A stretch of DNA of 64,000 nucleotides from positions 40,447 through 104,446 of the forward strand of contig NW_004798433.1 in assembly GCF_000002075.1 (NCBI RefSeq), in the 5' to 3' direction. Below are positions 21,428 through 34,300 of this stretch, piece by piece. Each line of letters starts with the position of its first letter. The first letter of the stretch is position 1. Origin of the DNA: Aplysia californica. Lineage: Eukaryota. Below the pieces are notes generated by a model. The model had not been told where the DNA came from, ran no database searches, and was given only the letters and a program-made list of their open reading frames with translations. A program made the translations under genes and the position numbers.

Positions 21428-24400
21428 GTAGCTGGTCATGTTTCGAACCCACTAATGAGTAAATTAGGGTCTGTCTCCCAAGGCATGCAAAAACTGGCTC
21501 CGGCGGACTGTGCAGACGAAACCACTCGATGGTTCAAAGGCCAGAAAGGCTGTCCCAGCAGAGCGTCGTAGAGCGCGACAAGGGCACAGTGAGATAAGAA
21601 CACACTGCTGGCCATCCGCTGCCTCCTGGCCCATCTCCAGCCGTCTCGATTTTGTCGTGCCACCGGAACTAGATGGACAGGGACAAGAGAGTGAGGCTGA
21701 CTACTTTGCGCAACTCTCCCTCACTTAAATCAAATTCAAGCGCAAGTCACGACTACATCATCCCCACCCTCATCATCGCCCTCATTACTTCTCAAGTCCT
21801 TCGGCGACGGACGAGTGGCCAAGCGACAGGCGTGGACACACTGGCAGTCGTAGTCACAACTCTACATGTAGGCAGTCCAGGCCTTGTGGTCGCTTTTCAG
21901 TGAATGAGACAGCACTGGAACTCGGCAGCCACTTGGGCGACGAAGCAGCCCTCTTTAGGATAGCACTGTTTCTCCCCACATCCTGGGGACGGGACTAGAA
22001 AAGGTGTCCTAAAAATTGCCTGTCTCACCCTCCCCCGGCTAGCATGCCCGCGGCTGGCAGGGGTCCCACACCAGCGGTAAGAAGAACTCAAAAAAATCTA
22101 AGACGACCATCACCTCTGGCGCATGAAATGCGCGCACCCTCCTTGACCGTTCAGGGAGTAACCGTCCCGAAAGACGGACAGCCCTCATTGCCAGCGAACT
22201 GGGCCGATATAAAGTACAGACTGCCACCCTCAGTGACTCGCCTCGTTTAAGAAGGACAACTCACAGAGCAGTCTGTCGGCTACACGTTCTTCTGGATCGG
22301 TCGTGGACTCGACGAGCGTCGCGAGGCAGGAGTTGGTTTTGCTATCAAGTCCAACCAGGTCAACAAGCTGGCAGCTCCCCCTAAGGGAATCAACGATTGC
22401 CTGATGACTGCCCGCCTCCCGCTCCCCAAGAAGAGATTCGCCACGCTGATCAGCGCTTACACACTCACTATGACCATCCCCGACGACATAAAAGGAAAAT
22501 TCTACGAGGACCTAAAGAAGACCATCACAGCCGTACCCAGGGCAGACAAACTCATCTTCATTGGTGACCTCAATGCTCGAGTCAGCAGAGACCACAAGTC
22601 GTGGGAGGGAGTGTTAGGGAAACACGGTGTTGGCAACTGCAACAACAAGGGACTCCTCCTGTTGAAAACCTGAGCTGCCCACGATCTCCTCATCACCAAC
22701 ACGGTCTTCCGCCTGCCCAATCATAACAAGACGTCATGGAGGCACCCCCGCTCCAAGCACTGGAATCGACTCGACTATGTCATCATCAGGCACAGAGACA
22801 GACAGGATGTGAGAGTCACAAAGACCATGTGCGGTGCAGAATGTTGGACGAACCATCGTCTCCTCATCTCTAAGATGAGCCTCAGAATCACACCATCCAG
22901 GAGGCCCCAAGGCATGAAAGTGGCCAAGCGATTGAACGTCTCCAAGCTCAAGAATGATCTTATCAAACATGCGCTGGTAGAAGTGCTAAAGGGAAAACTA
23001 CAACCAAGCAACATAGACCCACATGCCGAAGTGGAAACAGAGTGGGCATGTCTTCGTGATGCCGTCTATGATGTTGCCTTAGACATCATTGGCTCCACTA
23101 CCGGCAAGCACAAAGATTGGTTCAATGATAACAGCTGTCACATCCAGATAATATTAGAGGAGAAGCACCGACTCCAAAGAGTACTCCTCAATTACCCCTC
23201 CTCCACCTCAAAGAAAGAGAATTTCAATACGGTCAGGAGGAAAGTACAGTACGATCTACGACGACTATGACAAATGGCTCAGTGAGAAGGCCGACGTCAT
23301 CCTGGCCTACTCAGACAGGAAGGACATGAAGAACTTCTTCAGTGCTCTCAAAGCCATCTACGGACCCACCTCGTCAGGGCAGTCCCCTCTCCTCAGCGCA
23401 GACAGGGGCACGCTGATAACAGACAAGGAGAAAATCCTCGAGCTCTGGGCACAACACTTCACGAGTGTCCTCAACAGACCATCATCCTTCAACGAATCAA
23501 TAGTGAAGACATTGAAAGACTACCACAAGTGCCAATTGACAACACTCTGGCAGACCCAACAACAGAAAAAGAAGCAATGCTCGCCATCAAACGCCTGTCC
23601 AGTGGCAAGGCACTTGCAGGTGCTGACTCCATTTCAGCTGAAATCTATGCTTCTGGAGGCCCGACACTAATAGAGAGACTGACAAGCCTGTTTACCTCCA
23701 TGTGGTTACAAGAAAAGCTGCCACAGGAACTCAAAGACACTTCGATTGTCCACCTTTACAAGCGCAAAGGAAACACGAACACCTGCTACAACCACCGAGG
23801 AACCACCCTGCTCTCCATCACTGGGAAGAGTCTGGCTCGCATCCTGCTCAATCGTCTCGTTGCACACCTGGAACGTGACCTGCTCCCTGAGAGTCAGTGT
23901 GGATTCTGCGTGGGATGCAGTACTCTGGACATGATCTATGCTGCTCATCAACTATAAGAAAATAGCCAAGAGCAGAACTTTGGACTCTACTCCACCTTTG
24001 CAGACCTGATGAAAGTATTTGACATTGTCTGCCGTGAAGGGCTGTGGAAGATCATGGCAAAGTTTGGGTGCCCCGCAAAGTTCTTCGTGATGGTCCAACA
24101 ATTCTATGATGGCATGACAGCAAGAGAGCAGGACGGTGGCTAGTACTCCCATTCCTTCCCCTTCACTAATGGAGTGAAGCAGGGCTGTGTGCTGGCCCCC
24201 ACTCTGTTCAGCATGATGTTCTCAGATATGCTGACCGATGCCTACCACAACGGAGATATCGGTGTCGATTTTCGTTACCGCACAGATAGAAAACTTTTTA
24301 TCCTTTGGAGGCTGCAGGCGAAGACCGAAGTCCATGCAGGCATAGCCCACGATTTCCTCTTTGCGGACGACTGCACGCTGAAAGCCAGTACTCAGTCAGA

Positions 24401-25353
24401 CATGCAGGGAAGCCTGGACAGTTTTTCCAAAGCCTGCGAAAATTTCGGCCTTATTATCGCCACAAAGAAGACCGAAGTACTGTACCAGCCAGCCCCATTG
24501 GCTCCTTACATAGAGCCCCAATTTACCATCTATGGTCGGAGACTAGCAGTGGCAGATAAGTTTGTTTACCTTGGCAGCACTCTCTCTCGCTCGGTCAGTA
24601 TCGATGAGGAAGTGGCCTACAGAACTGTCAGAGCTAGTTCAGCCTTCAGCAGACTGAAAGACAAGGTCTGGGAGCCAAGAGGACTGAGCCTTTACACGAA
24701 GCTCAAAGTGTATAAAGCAGCAGTTCTACCATCCCTGCTCTACGCCTGCAAAATGTGGACAGTCTACAGCCGGCATGCCAAGCAGCTCAATGCCTTCCAC
24801 ATGAGATGCCTCAGGACCCTGCTTCGTACCAAGTCCCAGACACTGAGGTAATACAGCGGGCCAAGACGGAGAGCATACGCTATCCTACTGCCCTCTCAGC
24901 TCCGGTGGGCCGGCCACGTTCACCGTATGGACAACTCTGGCCTCCCAAAGAAGTTACCCCACGGTGAACTAACCTAACTCAAGGCAAATGTTCTCTCGGC
25001 AGGCAGAGAAAACGCTTCAAAGATGCTCTGAAAGCATCCCTGAAGAGTTGTGACTTTCCCCATACCACCTGGGAAGAAGCTGCTTGCAATTGCACAGCTT
25101 AGCGCTCATTAGTAAGATCGGGAGTCGCCAAGTTCGAAGAAAGATACATCAGAAAGAAAGAATGGAGACGGCAGCAGAGAAAAGACCGAGAAACCCCTAC
25201 CTTCCAGCCTAGTCCATCCCCAACCATCCCCTGCCCCCACTGCAACAGACATTTCCGAGCGAAGATCGGCCTGATCAGCCATCTCCGGTCACACCCCACC
25301 CCTCCAGTGATGTGAAGTCAAGGTCATCTTTGTCAGAGAAGGAAGAACATCAT
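21245..25353 (+). mobile_element. Near-full-length, inactivated RTE-clade (BovB-like) non-LTR retrotransposon, antisense within the presumed PCMTD1 first intron
   Basis: Fragmented ORF: APE endonuclease (ERRTALIA, IFIGDLNARV, TWRHPRSKHW-like, DYVI), RT (LLPESQCGF, KQGCVLAPTLF, FLFADD, YLGS) and C-terminal CPHC...LISHLRSH. It has many stops and frameshifts and an RTE-type short 3' UTR ending GAAGGAAGAACATCAT. Confidence 0.92.
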
Positions 25354-26399
25354 ACGTGACACTATGGTGACTATACATGAATTAATGTGTCGTTGGTCTG
25401 GTTTTATTTTATTCATGGACCCATCTCAAGATATTTTAAAGCTTTTTTCTTGCTATTCAATTTTCAGCTTTACATAAATTTTGACTTATATCCTCTTCAA
25501 ATTATTAGTTTTATGAGACTATGGATATTTTTTTATGAACTTTTTTTTACAAATATAGGACCAATGGCGTAGCAATTGACTTTTTAACAACATGGGGGGG
25601 GGGGGGGGTTCAGGGGTATAACCTCCTGATCTAAAAAGAATCTGGGGGATTTCAGGGGGGTAGGGGGAGGGATGTGCTCATGCATTATACCATGATTTGA
25701 TGTTTCGGCAATTATGACTGATTTAATTTGCAAGTAATTAGCCCTCCAAACAGTGCAACTGCATGCAGGTCTAAAACTAAAATTTAAAAATGACCGTTGG
25801 TGGTTTACATGCAGGCCCTCAATGAAAGTTTGTTTTCGTAATGACTATTTTTAGCCCAATATAATACAATTTATAATGTTATTATATATTTATGTCAGTA
25901 TTGTAGCCTGCGATCATGACTTAGAATCTGCCTATCTATGCCATAGCGGTCACCTGTCCATAACAGTCATTTTTCTCTGTGATCTAGAATGAAAAGGACA
26001 GGTTTGACTTTTGTGTAATTTTTCCCCTCTAAATATTTATAAACTAAACAGTAAACACCCAGCTCACTGGAGAACTTGCCTTACTTGGAATGTTCATATA
26101 TATGTAACACAGAGTAAAGTAAAAAATTCACAGTAGATTCAGAGCAGCGTTGCAGAGCACAGAAATTTCATTTATCATGAACACCTCGTCCCATGACCAT
26201 GCTAAGCAAGCTGTACCTTAGCCCAACCCTCCCTGAGGGATGTTAATAAAAACACACTCCGTAATAATAGTGACTGAAGTGCGGAGACATTTTGCTTCTT
26301 GTCGGTCAAGCGATTGTGCCTGCCTGTACTTCGCCCAAATTTCGCTGGGACCTGCATTGAATTGCATTGCCCCTTGTCATTCTTATGCCTTAGGGTGAA

Positions 26400-27147
26400 A
26401 AAAAGAAAAGAAACGAAAGGGGAACAATTAGGCATGCAGACAAAATATAGACCTTTGTATTTGTACGTCGTCCTCGGCTGAACAAAGAAAACAAAAATAT
26501 CACCGCCGTTGCTCTGCGTTGTTCCACTTGGACTTGGACAGCTTGCTAACCTATCAGCTGAGCTTAGAAAACCAAAACAACAACAAACGATGACGTCACT
26601 TATTATATTAACATATAAACAATTTTTTTTTAATTTGTGCTGTTTAGGAAATTTCTAAAGCTGAAAACTGATTTTAATACAGCCACATTCTTATATATAC
26701 AATAAATAAAATGTTACAGAATACTTTAGCACATAACGTTCATTCGAGGTTTGTAAACTGAAATGAATAGCCTAGACGTGCTCTTCTGATTACCTCCCCC
26801 CAGCAACCTGATCTCGGGAAGGAGAAACCTTGATATTGTTGGTAATGAAAATTTATCAAATATTTTACTCTCAGACTGTCATTGATTGTTTGTTTCCACT
26901 TGCTTCTGTTTGAAATGAGGTTTGTTTTGTACTTTGAAAGCGTTTTCTCACCTTGAAAGCAGGTTGCATTTCAGATGAAATGAAAAAACTACGCATACCG
27001 AAACGGGAAGTTGTCTTTTCTCATGTTTTTCCATCAACTACGCGTATTGGCATTGCCTGTCAGCGGACACCGCCTAAGACATACATGATGCAAAGAAGTG
27101 TTGTTGACGACAAAACATCAAGACTTTTGGTTTAGTTGTATCGCGAA
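26400..27147. promoter_or_regulatory. Putative bidirectional promoter and non-coding first exon of L3MBTL
   Basis: Lies between the divergent genes; perfect CRE TGACGTCA at 26591-26598, ETS-like GGGAAGT near 27005-27011, locally higher CpG, plus-strand donor GAA|GTGAGT at 27147/27148. Confidence 0.45.
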
Positions 27148-28169
27148 GTGAGTTCCATTTAAAGTAACGCTTTGTTTTTCTTTTGACTTGTTTACGTTTC
27201 TGAGGGCCGCATATTATTACCCTAAAGTTATTTTTTCTAGATCTAGATTTTCAGGTCCATCCACGAAAACGAGGCCATATTCCGCGTTTTCAGTTTTCTT
27301 CAGTTCGGTGCGGCAAAAAAAAAAAAAATTAAATAGAATCTTAAATAATGCTTCTATCAATGCGACACGAATGCGTGAGGTATACAGAGTACGAACTGAA
27401 AGAAAAAATATTCAGCAAAACAGATAGCACTATGCTGTGAAAGTAATATTCTATAACTTTGTTGGCAAAGACCAACTTGTTATTTTCTTTTCCCCCGTTC
27501 AATCAAAATCTCTCGTCTCTCGGTCTCTCTCAAGACTCTTTAGAGAGGCAAGGGGCCTAGCTTAGGCCTTAGTTTGATATTTGATTGACTTAGATCTACT
27601 GGCGTATTGATATTGGTTTAAACATTTTAAAAAACACCACCAAACAACAAACCTCCCAAAATTCAAATAATATATTTTCTAAATAGATCTAGAATCCAGA
27701 GAGGTCTTTTATTCTTGAGGATCTAGATTCTAGATCTAGATTTAGATCTATGCAAGCAATGGCAATGTAAAAGATACTCATACTGTAACTGTAATCAATT
27801 CAAATTCAGTTTCAAGTTAGGCTCCTATTGTGCAGGTGTAGATATCTAGCTTCTTCAACTTCAACAGTTGCTCGCCTGTCTAGGCCGCCTCTAGATCTAA
27901 TGGTAAAGGCAAAGGCTTTTTAAATTTTCGGTTTTCCTGTTAAACCTGTTATCGTTTAATTTTAATACATTTAATTATTTTATTTTCAGATTTGCTTAGG
28001 GCGGCGGCCTAGATTAGATCTTTCTTAATTTTATTTTCATTTTAATATATTCGAATGTTTGTTGACCTTTGGGCTTTTTGCCTAGCCTAAATTCCCTAAA
28101 TTGTGCATATATATATGAATTTTGATATAAAATATATGTGTTTGTGTCATTGATTCTAATAAAATATGG

Positions 28170-28301
28170 GGTGCCCATCTCAGATGGGATCGGCAGGTCA
28201 GTCCGATCGCCCGACTCAGTCGCCTTAAAGGCAAATGTGTTTGAATTTCAGTTTCATGCGACCAAGTAGGGCGATCAGCCCGATCCAGCGTAATGGGCAC
28301 C
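28170..28301. repeat. 132-bp imperfect palindrome (mini-MITE or hairpin)
   Basis: ggtgcccat/atgggcacc, ggatcgg/ccgatcc, gatcgccc/gggcgatc, gtcgc/gcgac. Confidence 0.75.
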
Positions 28302-30036
28302 TGGTATTAAATAAACTCATAGAAGTTGTGTTTAGGATCATCTGTCTATATGCTTACAAAGGTAAATTTTTACTTTCACTCCAGCACACAGATGCACTGC
28401 TTCGGGGATCAAACTACAGTAGTACTGTTTGCTGCAGATCACACATAAAGCCACTAAAACTGTCGCAAATCAATTATTTTCAAGAAAATTTCAATTCTAG
28501 ATTAACAGTAAAATATCAAATTATGGGTTAAAACAAAGGGGGGCATGCCCCCCTCTAACCCCCCAGATTTTGTTTTACCCCTGGGGGCAGGTCCCCCTGG
28601 AGCCCCCCCCCCCTTAGTTCAGAGCACGTCTGTCTCGATCAAGAACAATCAAATATTTGAAATACTTTTAATTTGGAACGGTAATGAAGTTGATATTTGT
28701 GTTCAGCGCATCAACATTTAGTAGAAATGGACTACTGGTAGCTTAGTGTGAGACGGGAGGGAAAGTAAAAAAATACCCTTACAAAAGTAAACAGTACTAC
28801 TGCCGTTTAGAGGTAGAGTGATGTAACTGCATTTCATGGTTTTGGAAAAAAAACTTTTAAAAGTTTTTAAAAAACGCTTTATTAATCTAGAGATCAATCA
28901 ACAAACGAAATCATTAAAACTTTAAAAACTCCCTTTTGTCTATAATGCGTCCCCCTGCTATCTATTTTTGTCGTCTTCCAGGGTTTCCTGCGCGAGTTGA
29001 CTATAGCTCGTTCACTTTCGTCGGACCGCAGTTAAAACGGAATATAAAAACAAATCTCTCTGTTTAATCTTTCTGGGTCTTTGCATGCGGCTAAAGTTGA
29101 GCGACCCAACAGAATCTAAAAGGCCATTCATAAAAGTCGCTGCAAAGTAACGTTCTTACGCGTTTTCTTCAATGTAAGCCAAAAGCGGGTAAAAAAATAA
29201 TAGGGGAACAGCACACACCTAAAACATTAAAAATTGACATATTTTCCTGAACACTGCTCTTTAATGTTCACCTAAGAAACACAATTCAAGAGACGGGGTG
29301 AGTATGTTACTTCTTAAAATAATAATGTCATTTTAATCAAAATTATTTTTTAAAAGTTACGTTTATGGTAATCCCGGTGAAAATTGTATTCTAAGGGAAA
29401 GTTTTAAAGAATTTTTTAAAATGTAAGATTCAATTACAGCTATAATTGAAAGTTTTATTATTTTTATAATCGATTAAGAAAAAAACTAAATATATAATAT
29501 CATAGAGATATTATCCTTTGATGTATTTTTCTCTTGATTCAAGCAATCAAAATATGGTATAATTTTGTATAAATGAATGACACTTGTCTTTGGGGGGGAA
29601 TATAAAAAGTAGAAGATGGTAAGAAGAGAGACTAGTCTATACAACTAATAGAATGATTAGAAAACTAAGGAAATGCTAATTTGATTGAAGACTGCATTTT
29701 TTTTTCAAATAACTTGGATCAAAATAAAGGTGACAAGTGTAATTATAAGTATGAATATATATAAACAGGAAAGGGTGTTTAATATATGTATCTAAATACA
29801 CCTCTATTTGCCTTGTGTGTAAGTGTGTATTTGTGTTTATATAAATGCTGAGTGGATCTATCAGCGTACCTGTGTATGCATGAGTGAATCTTCCCGTTCC
29901 TTTGTTCATGTATGTGTATGTGGATGTATGTTTGTCTGTGTGTGGGCTTGAGAATATAACATACAAAATAGCAATTAAGATCATTATTACTATGGTGATG
30001 AATGAATAATAATATAATGGGTAATAGATCTAGTCA

Positions 30037-30105
30037 TCTCGCGAGGGAAACCCCGGAAGACGACAGCTAGATGGCGGAAATGCATCAACTATATTTGGGC
30101 CAATC
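30037..30105. promoter_or_regulatory. Cluster of housekeeping-promoter motifs
   Basis: TCTCGCGAG (30037), CCGGAAG (30053), AGATGGCGG (YY1-like, 30069) and GCCAATC (30099) within 70 bp. Confidence 0.45.
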
Positions 30106-30135
30106 ATAGAGGTGTGCTCGGTGCTTTCTATCTAT

Positions 30136-30665
30136 TGTTTGTTTGTTTAGTATAGGGTTTTACGGCACTCGCAACTGCATACGGTCATATGAGCGCGCGG
30201 GACACACCTAATACTTTTTCGTTGGTAGGAAATTTTGAATTTTGCCCGAGTGGCGGCCGAAGCCTACTCTTATCGATTTTAGACCACCAAGGGATCTTTA
30301 ACGTGCGCAACTTGCACACGGGCCCTCCAAGATTTTTCGCCCTTGTCTGAGAAGGCTAGGTGGAGATCTTTCCTACCAGAAGATCAGGGGTGTGGCAGAA
30401 AGACAGCAGTTAGGAGGAGCCAAGGAGTAGCAGTAGAAAGGCTGCAGAAAGAGTCAGGAGCCCAGAGGGGGGGGGCAAAGGAGGTGAGGGGGTGGGGGCA
30501 GAAAGTGGAAATGAAAGCAGACAACAGAACATTGTTACAGATCAGGAAAGGATGTGAAAGGAGACAATTTTAGAGAAGAAAATTTTTTGGTCGCTACCCG
30601 GAATCGAACCCGGGACCTTTGAATGAGAGGCCAACACCTTAACCTCTAGGCCACGAGAGCCCCCT
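30136..30665 (-). mobile_element. tRNA(Glu-like)-derived SINE (family A, copy 2)
   Basis: Head GGGGCTCTCGTGGCCTAGAGG...GGTTCGATTCCGGGTAGCGACCA; (AAAC)n tail; 11-bp TSD tttctatctat (30125-30135 / 30666-30676). Confidence 0.9.
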
Positions 30666-31108
30666 TTTCTATCTATAACTTCATGCAAAAAAGTACTTAT
30701 ATTATTAAATAAGGTATAAAGAATTTCTCAAATACACAGTCTTGAACGCACGCATAGTGAACAGATCCTCAGGTTCCAAGTTTTTTCTTTTCTATTTGCC
30801 TATTCTTTGTATCTGATACAGGTACATAGCGAAATTCATACAGAACGAATCCGCCTAATTTCACTCTTGTGTGTGCTAGACTCACTGTAGTAATTTTCAC
30901 CCTTGGATTGTACTGCCATTTATGTAGTTTATCTTTGAGAATTGAAATGGTGAGACAGTAAGACATTTCAGATTGATAAAACTTTCTTTGATTTATTATC
31001 GAAACCGGATTACTTCTTTGCAGGATAAAGGATCTTGTTTTCCGTGTCAGTGGAACTTAACCTCGTGCCGTCTGCCCTTATGCTGTAGAAGTCTTCTACT
31101 ACAATAAA

Positions 31109-31399
31109 ATGGCCGACGAGGAGAAGCCATTTGGAGAGCCTGCTGCAGGAACCAGTGCAGTGGAGTTGGCGGCATCCTCCCAGGCTTCCGTCCCACAAGG
31201 TTCTGTCTCTGTAATCAGCAGTACCACGATGTCTGGCTCGGTGTCTCTCACTCAGACTACCGGTGCCCTCCCTACCCCAGTGCCCTCAGCCTCCACAATG
31301 ACCAGCTTCCACTTGAGACCGCATCTCATTTCTACGCCGTTTGGTCTACGGTTGGCTAATAATGCTGTAGCTGTCCCAGTGCAGACGACCACGGCTCAG
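31109..31399 (+). CDS. L3MBTL3: L3MBTL coding exon 1 (acceptor at 31023/31024 upstream of ATG)
   Basis: AAAATGG start context; [10 protein letters not shown]...; donor CAG|GTACTG. Confidence 0.75.
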
Positions 31400-34300
31400 G
31401 TACTGTTATTGTCTTAGTAATTCAGGTCTTTATTTACGTGATTGGGCTTAACCCATTGCACCCGAGCTATGAGTATTGCGGGCTTCCGTCCACCGAGCTA
31501 CGACAATAGTCATAGCAAAATACCAGTCCACAAAATTGAGTCCAAATCACTTATCCAGGTTTCTTTTGAAAATTATAGGTCGCTTGTAGCTTGTAAAAAC
31601 TTTTGCTAGCTTGTTTTGATTCATTTTTTCGCCAAGTACAAGTTAGTTTTGTTTGTTTTGTCACCGCAAATCATGGCAAGAAAGCGAGCATTTAAATCTT
31701 CATGGACGAGCAGAAAGAGAAAACAACAGTGCCACGGCTATTTTTTGTGTTTGTTAAAATACATGATCCATGTTTTTAGTTTGTTTTAGGCACAAGCGGC
31801 AAAGAAAGTGAAAGTAAACATAAATCTAGAAAAACAAGGCGATCGGATTGATTTTTTTGCCTTGAAAACTTCAAAGAAAAGCTAGATCTAGACCATAGAT
31901 TTACTAAAAGTTGCTATGGGTAAATTGAGTGCCGTTGGGTTGCAGTCGGAAAAAGAATTTATTGTTTTCTCTGCTCTTTCCTTTCTCTCTCTAATGATTT
32001 TAAAAGAACATTTTAAGTAAAGTCTAAGCAAAATTTCATAATGCTATCTTGAATAGTTTGGGCACAATGTGTGTCTAAGGTTAGTGTGTCGAGTTCAGAC
32101 AGGCTTTTTCCTCGCGGCTAGCCCGCTGGACACAAGTGCACTGCCCGCAGCAACGGAGGGTGAATTGGGATTAAAAGCTGGTATATTTTACGTAGACAAC
32201 TTTTTTTTTGCACCTTTTTAGAAATCCCAGTGGGGTTTTTTTTTTATACCTGTGTACAGATGTCAAAGAGGGTTTTTAATATATATTCAATCTTTAATTC
32301 TGTCTTTACTCTGCAATAGAAAATTAGAGGATTCTCCGTTTAAATGTTTATACAATGACCTGGGATTTCTTGCAAACCTTTTTACATTTAGTTTAATTGT
32401 CACATCTAAATTAAAAAGATATGAGCTGTTCTGGACCTTGGCATGTTTTTTAACTTAATTGTAATAAATACACTGGTAATGTGCAGAGGGTATAGAAAGT
32501 GTCTGTTAATTTTCAAACACATCACCTGTATTTGAAATAAATTGATGCTTTTAAACTAAATAGCAAAAAGTTTGTTGTTGGTTCTCAGATTTTCCCATTA
32601 CCAACACTATTATCATGTAATTTTACTTTTTTCAACCTCCTCCTTCGCACCTAGTCTAATTCAGATACCTGTAGATGGAAAAGTTGTTGGGGGTTTTTCT
32701 CCCTTGCAATTCAATTTGAAACGGACTGGACTGGAGTCCTGAATGGTAAAATACATGTTTTTGTAATTGAAACTTTTTTCCTGTGTTAATAATCCAGGCT
32801 CTGGCTGTCAGTTCTGGAGCAGGGGGTGGGAACGCTGGAACCAGTCTGCAGGTTCCCAGAGCTGGAATCCCATTGGTCAGTGCAGGCATTAGCTCCAGTC
32901 AGCTCGCTGCCTTTCAGCCGCGGGCCACGCCTCCTGGGTTTCCTCAGACAATCCCCATATCATCCACCATCGTAGGGCAACCAATGACTCTGCAGCGACT
33001 GCCCGTGAAAGGTGAGAGCAGGACTTGAAGCATTAACCCTACAAACCTGAGAAAACACTTTTACCTCATGAATGAAAAGGGGTCCTGTATGCTTATCAGG
33101 CGAGGACCAAAAGGGTCCAGTCACAAGTGTCTTGTCAGCTCTGTCGGTCATGTGATATCAACTTCCTATTAATAAAAGAACTGGCATGTATTCAAGAGAC
33201 AATTATTATTTATTATTATCATCATCATTATTCATGATTATAATAATTACTATTATAATTATCTCCTTGTTTACATCATTACTGTGTCTACAGGTCAGCC
33301 AATAGCTGTTCAGCGTTTACCATCTGGTGCAGTGGTCACTATTGCCAATGGCCAAGTAATCAGCCTGCAGCAGTCTTCCAGTCCTGGACGTCCCCAGTCT
33401 CCGCGGACAGTGTCACAAATTGCCGGCCAGCCCCGACCGGTCCTCACGTCTGCCTCACTGGGACAGCAGCTGACCAAGCAGCCTACAGCGACCATAGTGA
33501 ACGTGTCACAGGCACAGCACATCGGCCTTCGCATACCCACCCCGTCATCGCAACAGGTGACCATCCAGCGGATGATCAATCCATCCTTGGCTCAACAAGT
33601 GTCAGGCCAAAACTTTATCCAGCGGATGCCAAATCCCAATGTCCTCTCCCAGCAAATTAACAACAATGCCACCAATATAGGCCAGCCTACAGTCATGAGA
33701 GCCGCTTCTCCGATGGGTACTGCCACCATCCTGGCCGGTCAACAAATCTCCATTCAACCCCGCCCGTCCGTTGCGACGTTCATATCTGGCTGCCCAACCT
33801 CTGGCATCACGTTGACTGTGACATCGGTCTCACCGAGCCCCCTCAGCGTCCAGACGACCTCGTCAACAATGCCCGTCGGTCAAGTACCGGTAACCCAGAG
33901 CCAGGTCCCTCAGGTGATCCACCGACCGGGTTTTGCCGGGACTCCAGCCCAGGTGCTACGCCCTGGTGTGCCAATTGTTCTGTCTCTCTCCGGGCGCCAG
34001 CAGGTCTTGCAGAATGGCATGCCACGACTGCTGCACAAGGCCAGTCCATCTGCGGGTGTGGCCAATGTAGCGGCGACTGTGTCTGTTCCCGTTCCACAGT
34101 TGATTTCTCCGAACTTGAAACCACAGGCAATGGTGAGTACCATTCACAATGTTTTAATCAGGTTATATATGCTAAGGAATCACAGAATATTGAGATGTGA
34201 GCCCAGTCATAGGACTTAGTAATGAAGTATAATATGTGATACAAAAAATTTGCTTAACTTTTGGATCAATTTTAATGTCATTTACGTAAACTGTCATTAC

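Noticed and set aside
22404-24967. Several ORFs that look like a reverse transcriptase operon
   Set aside because: They are frameshifted pieces of one dead RTE ORF, not a retron, DGR or other prokaryotic system.
27084-27135. ATGATG resembling a C/D snoRNA C box
   Set aside because: No convincing terminal stem or properly placed D box; better read as a uORF in a 5' exon.
30588-30664. tRNA-Glu(CTC)-like gene ending in CCA (and a similar one at 21150-21226)
   Set aside because: The acceptor stem does not pair properly and the sequence continues into a shared ~450-bp body bounded by TSDs, so it is a SINE head.
31452-32490. Possible piggyBac-like element starting TTAA|CCCATTGCAC
   Set aside because: The right TIR and second TTAA could not be identified with confidence.
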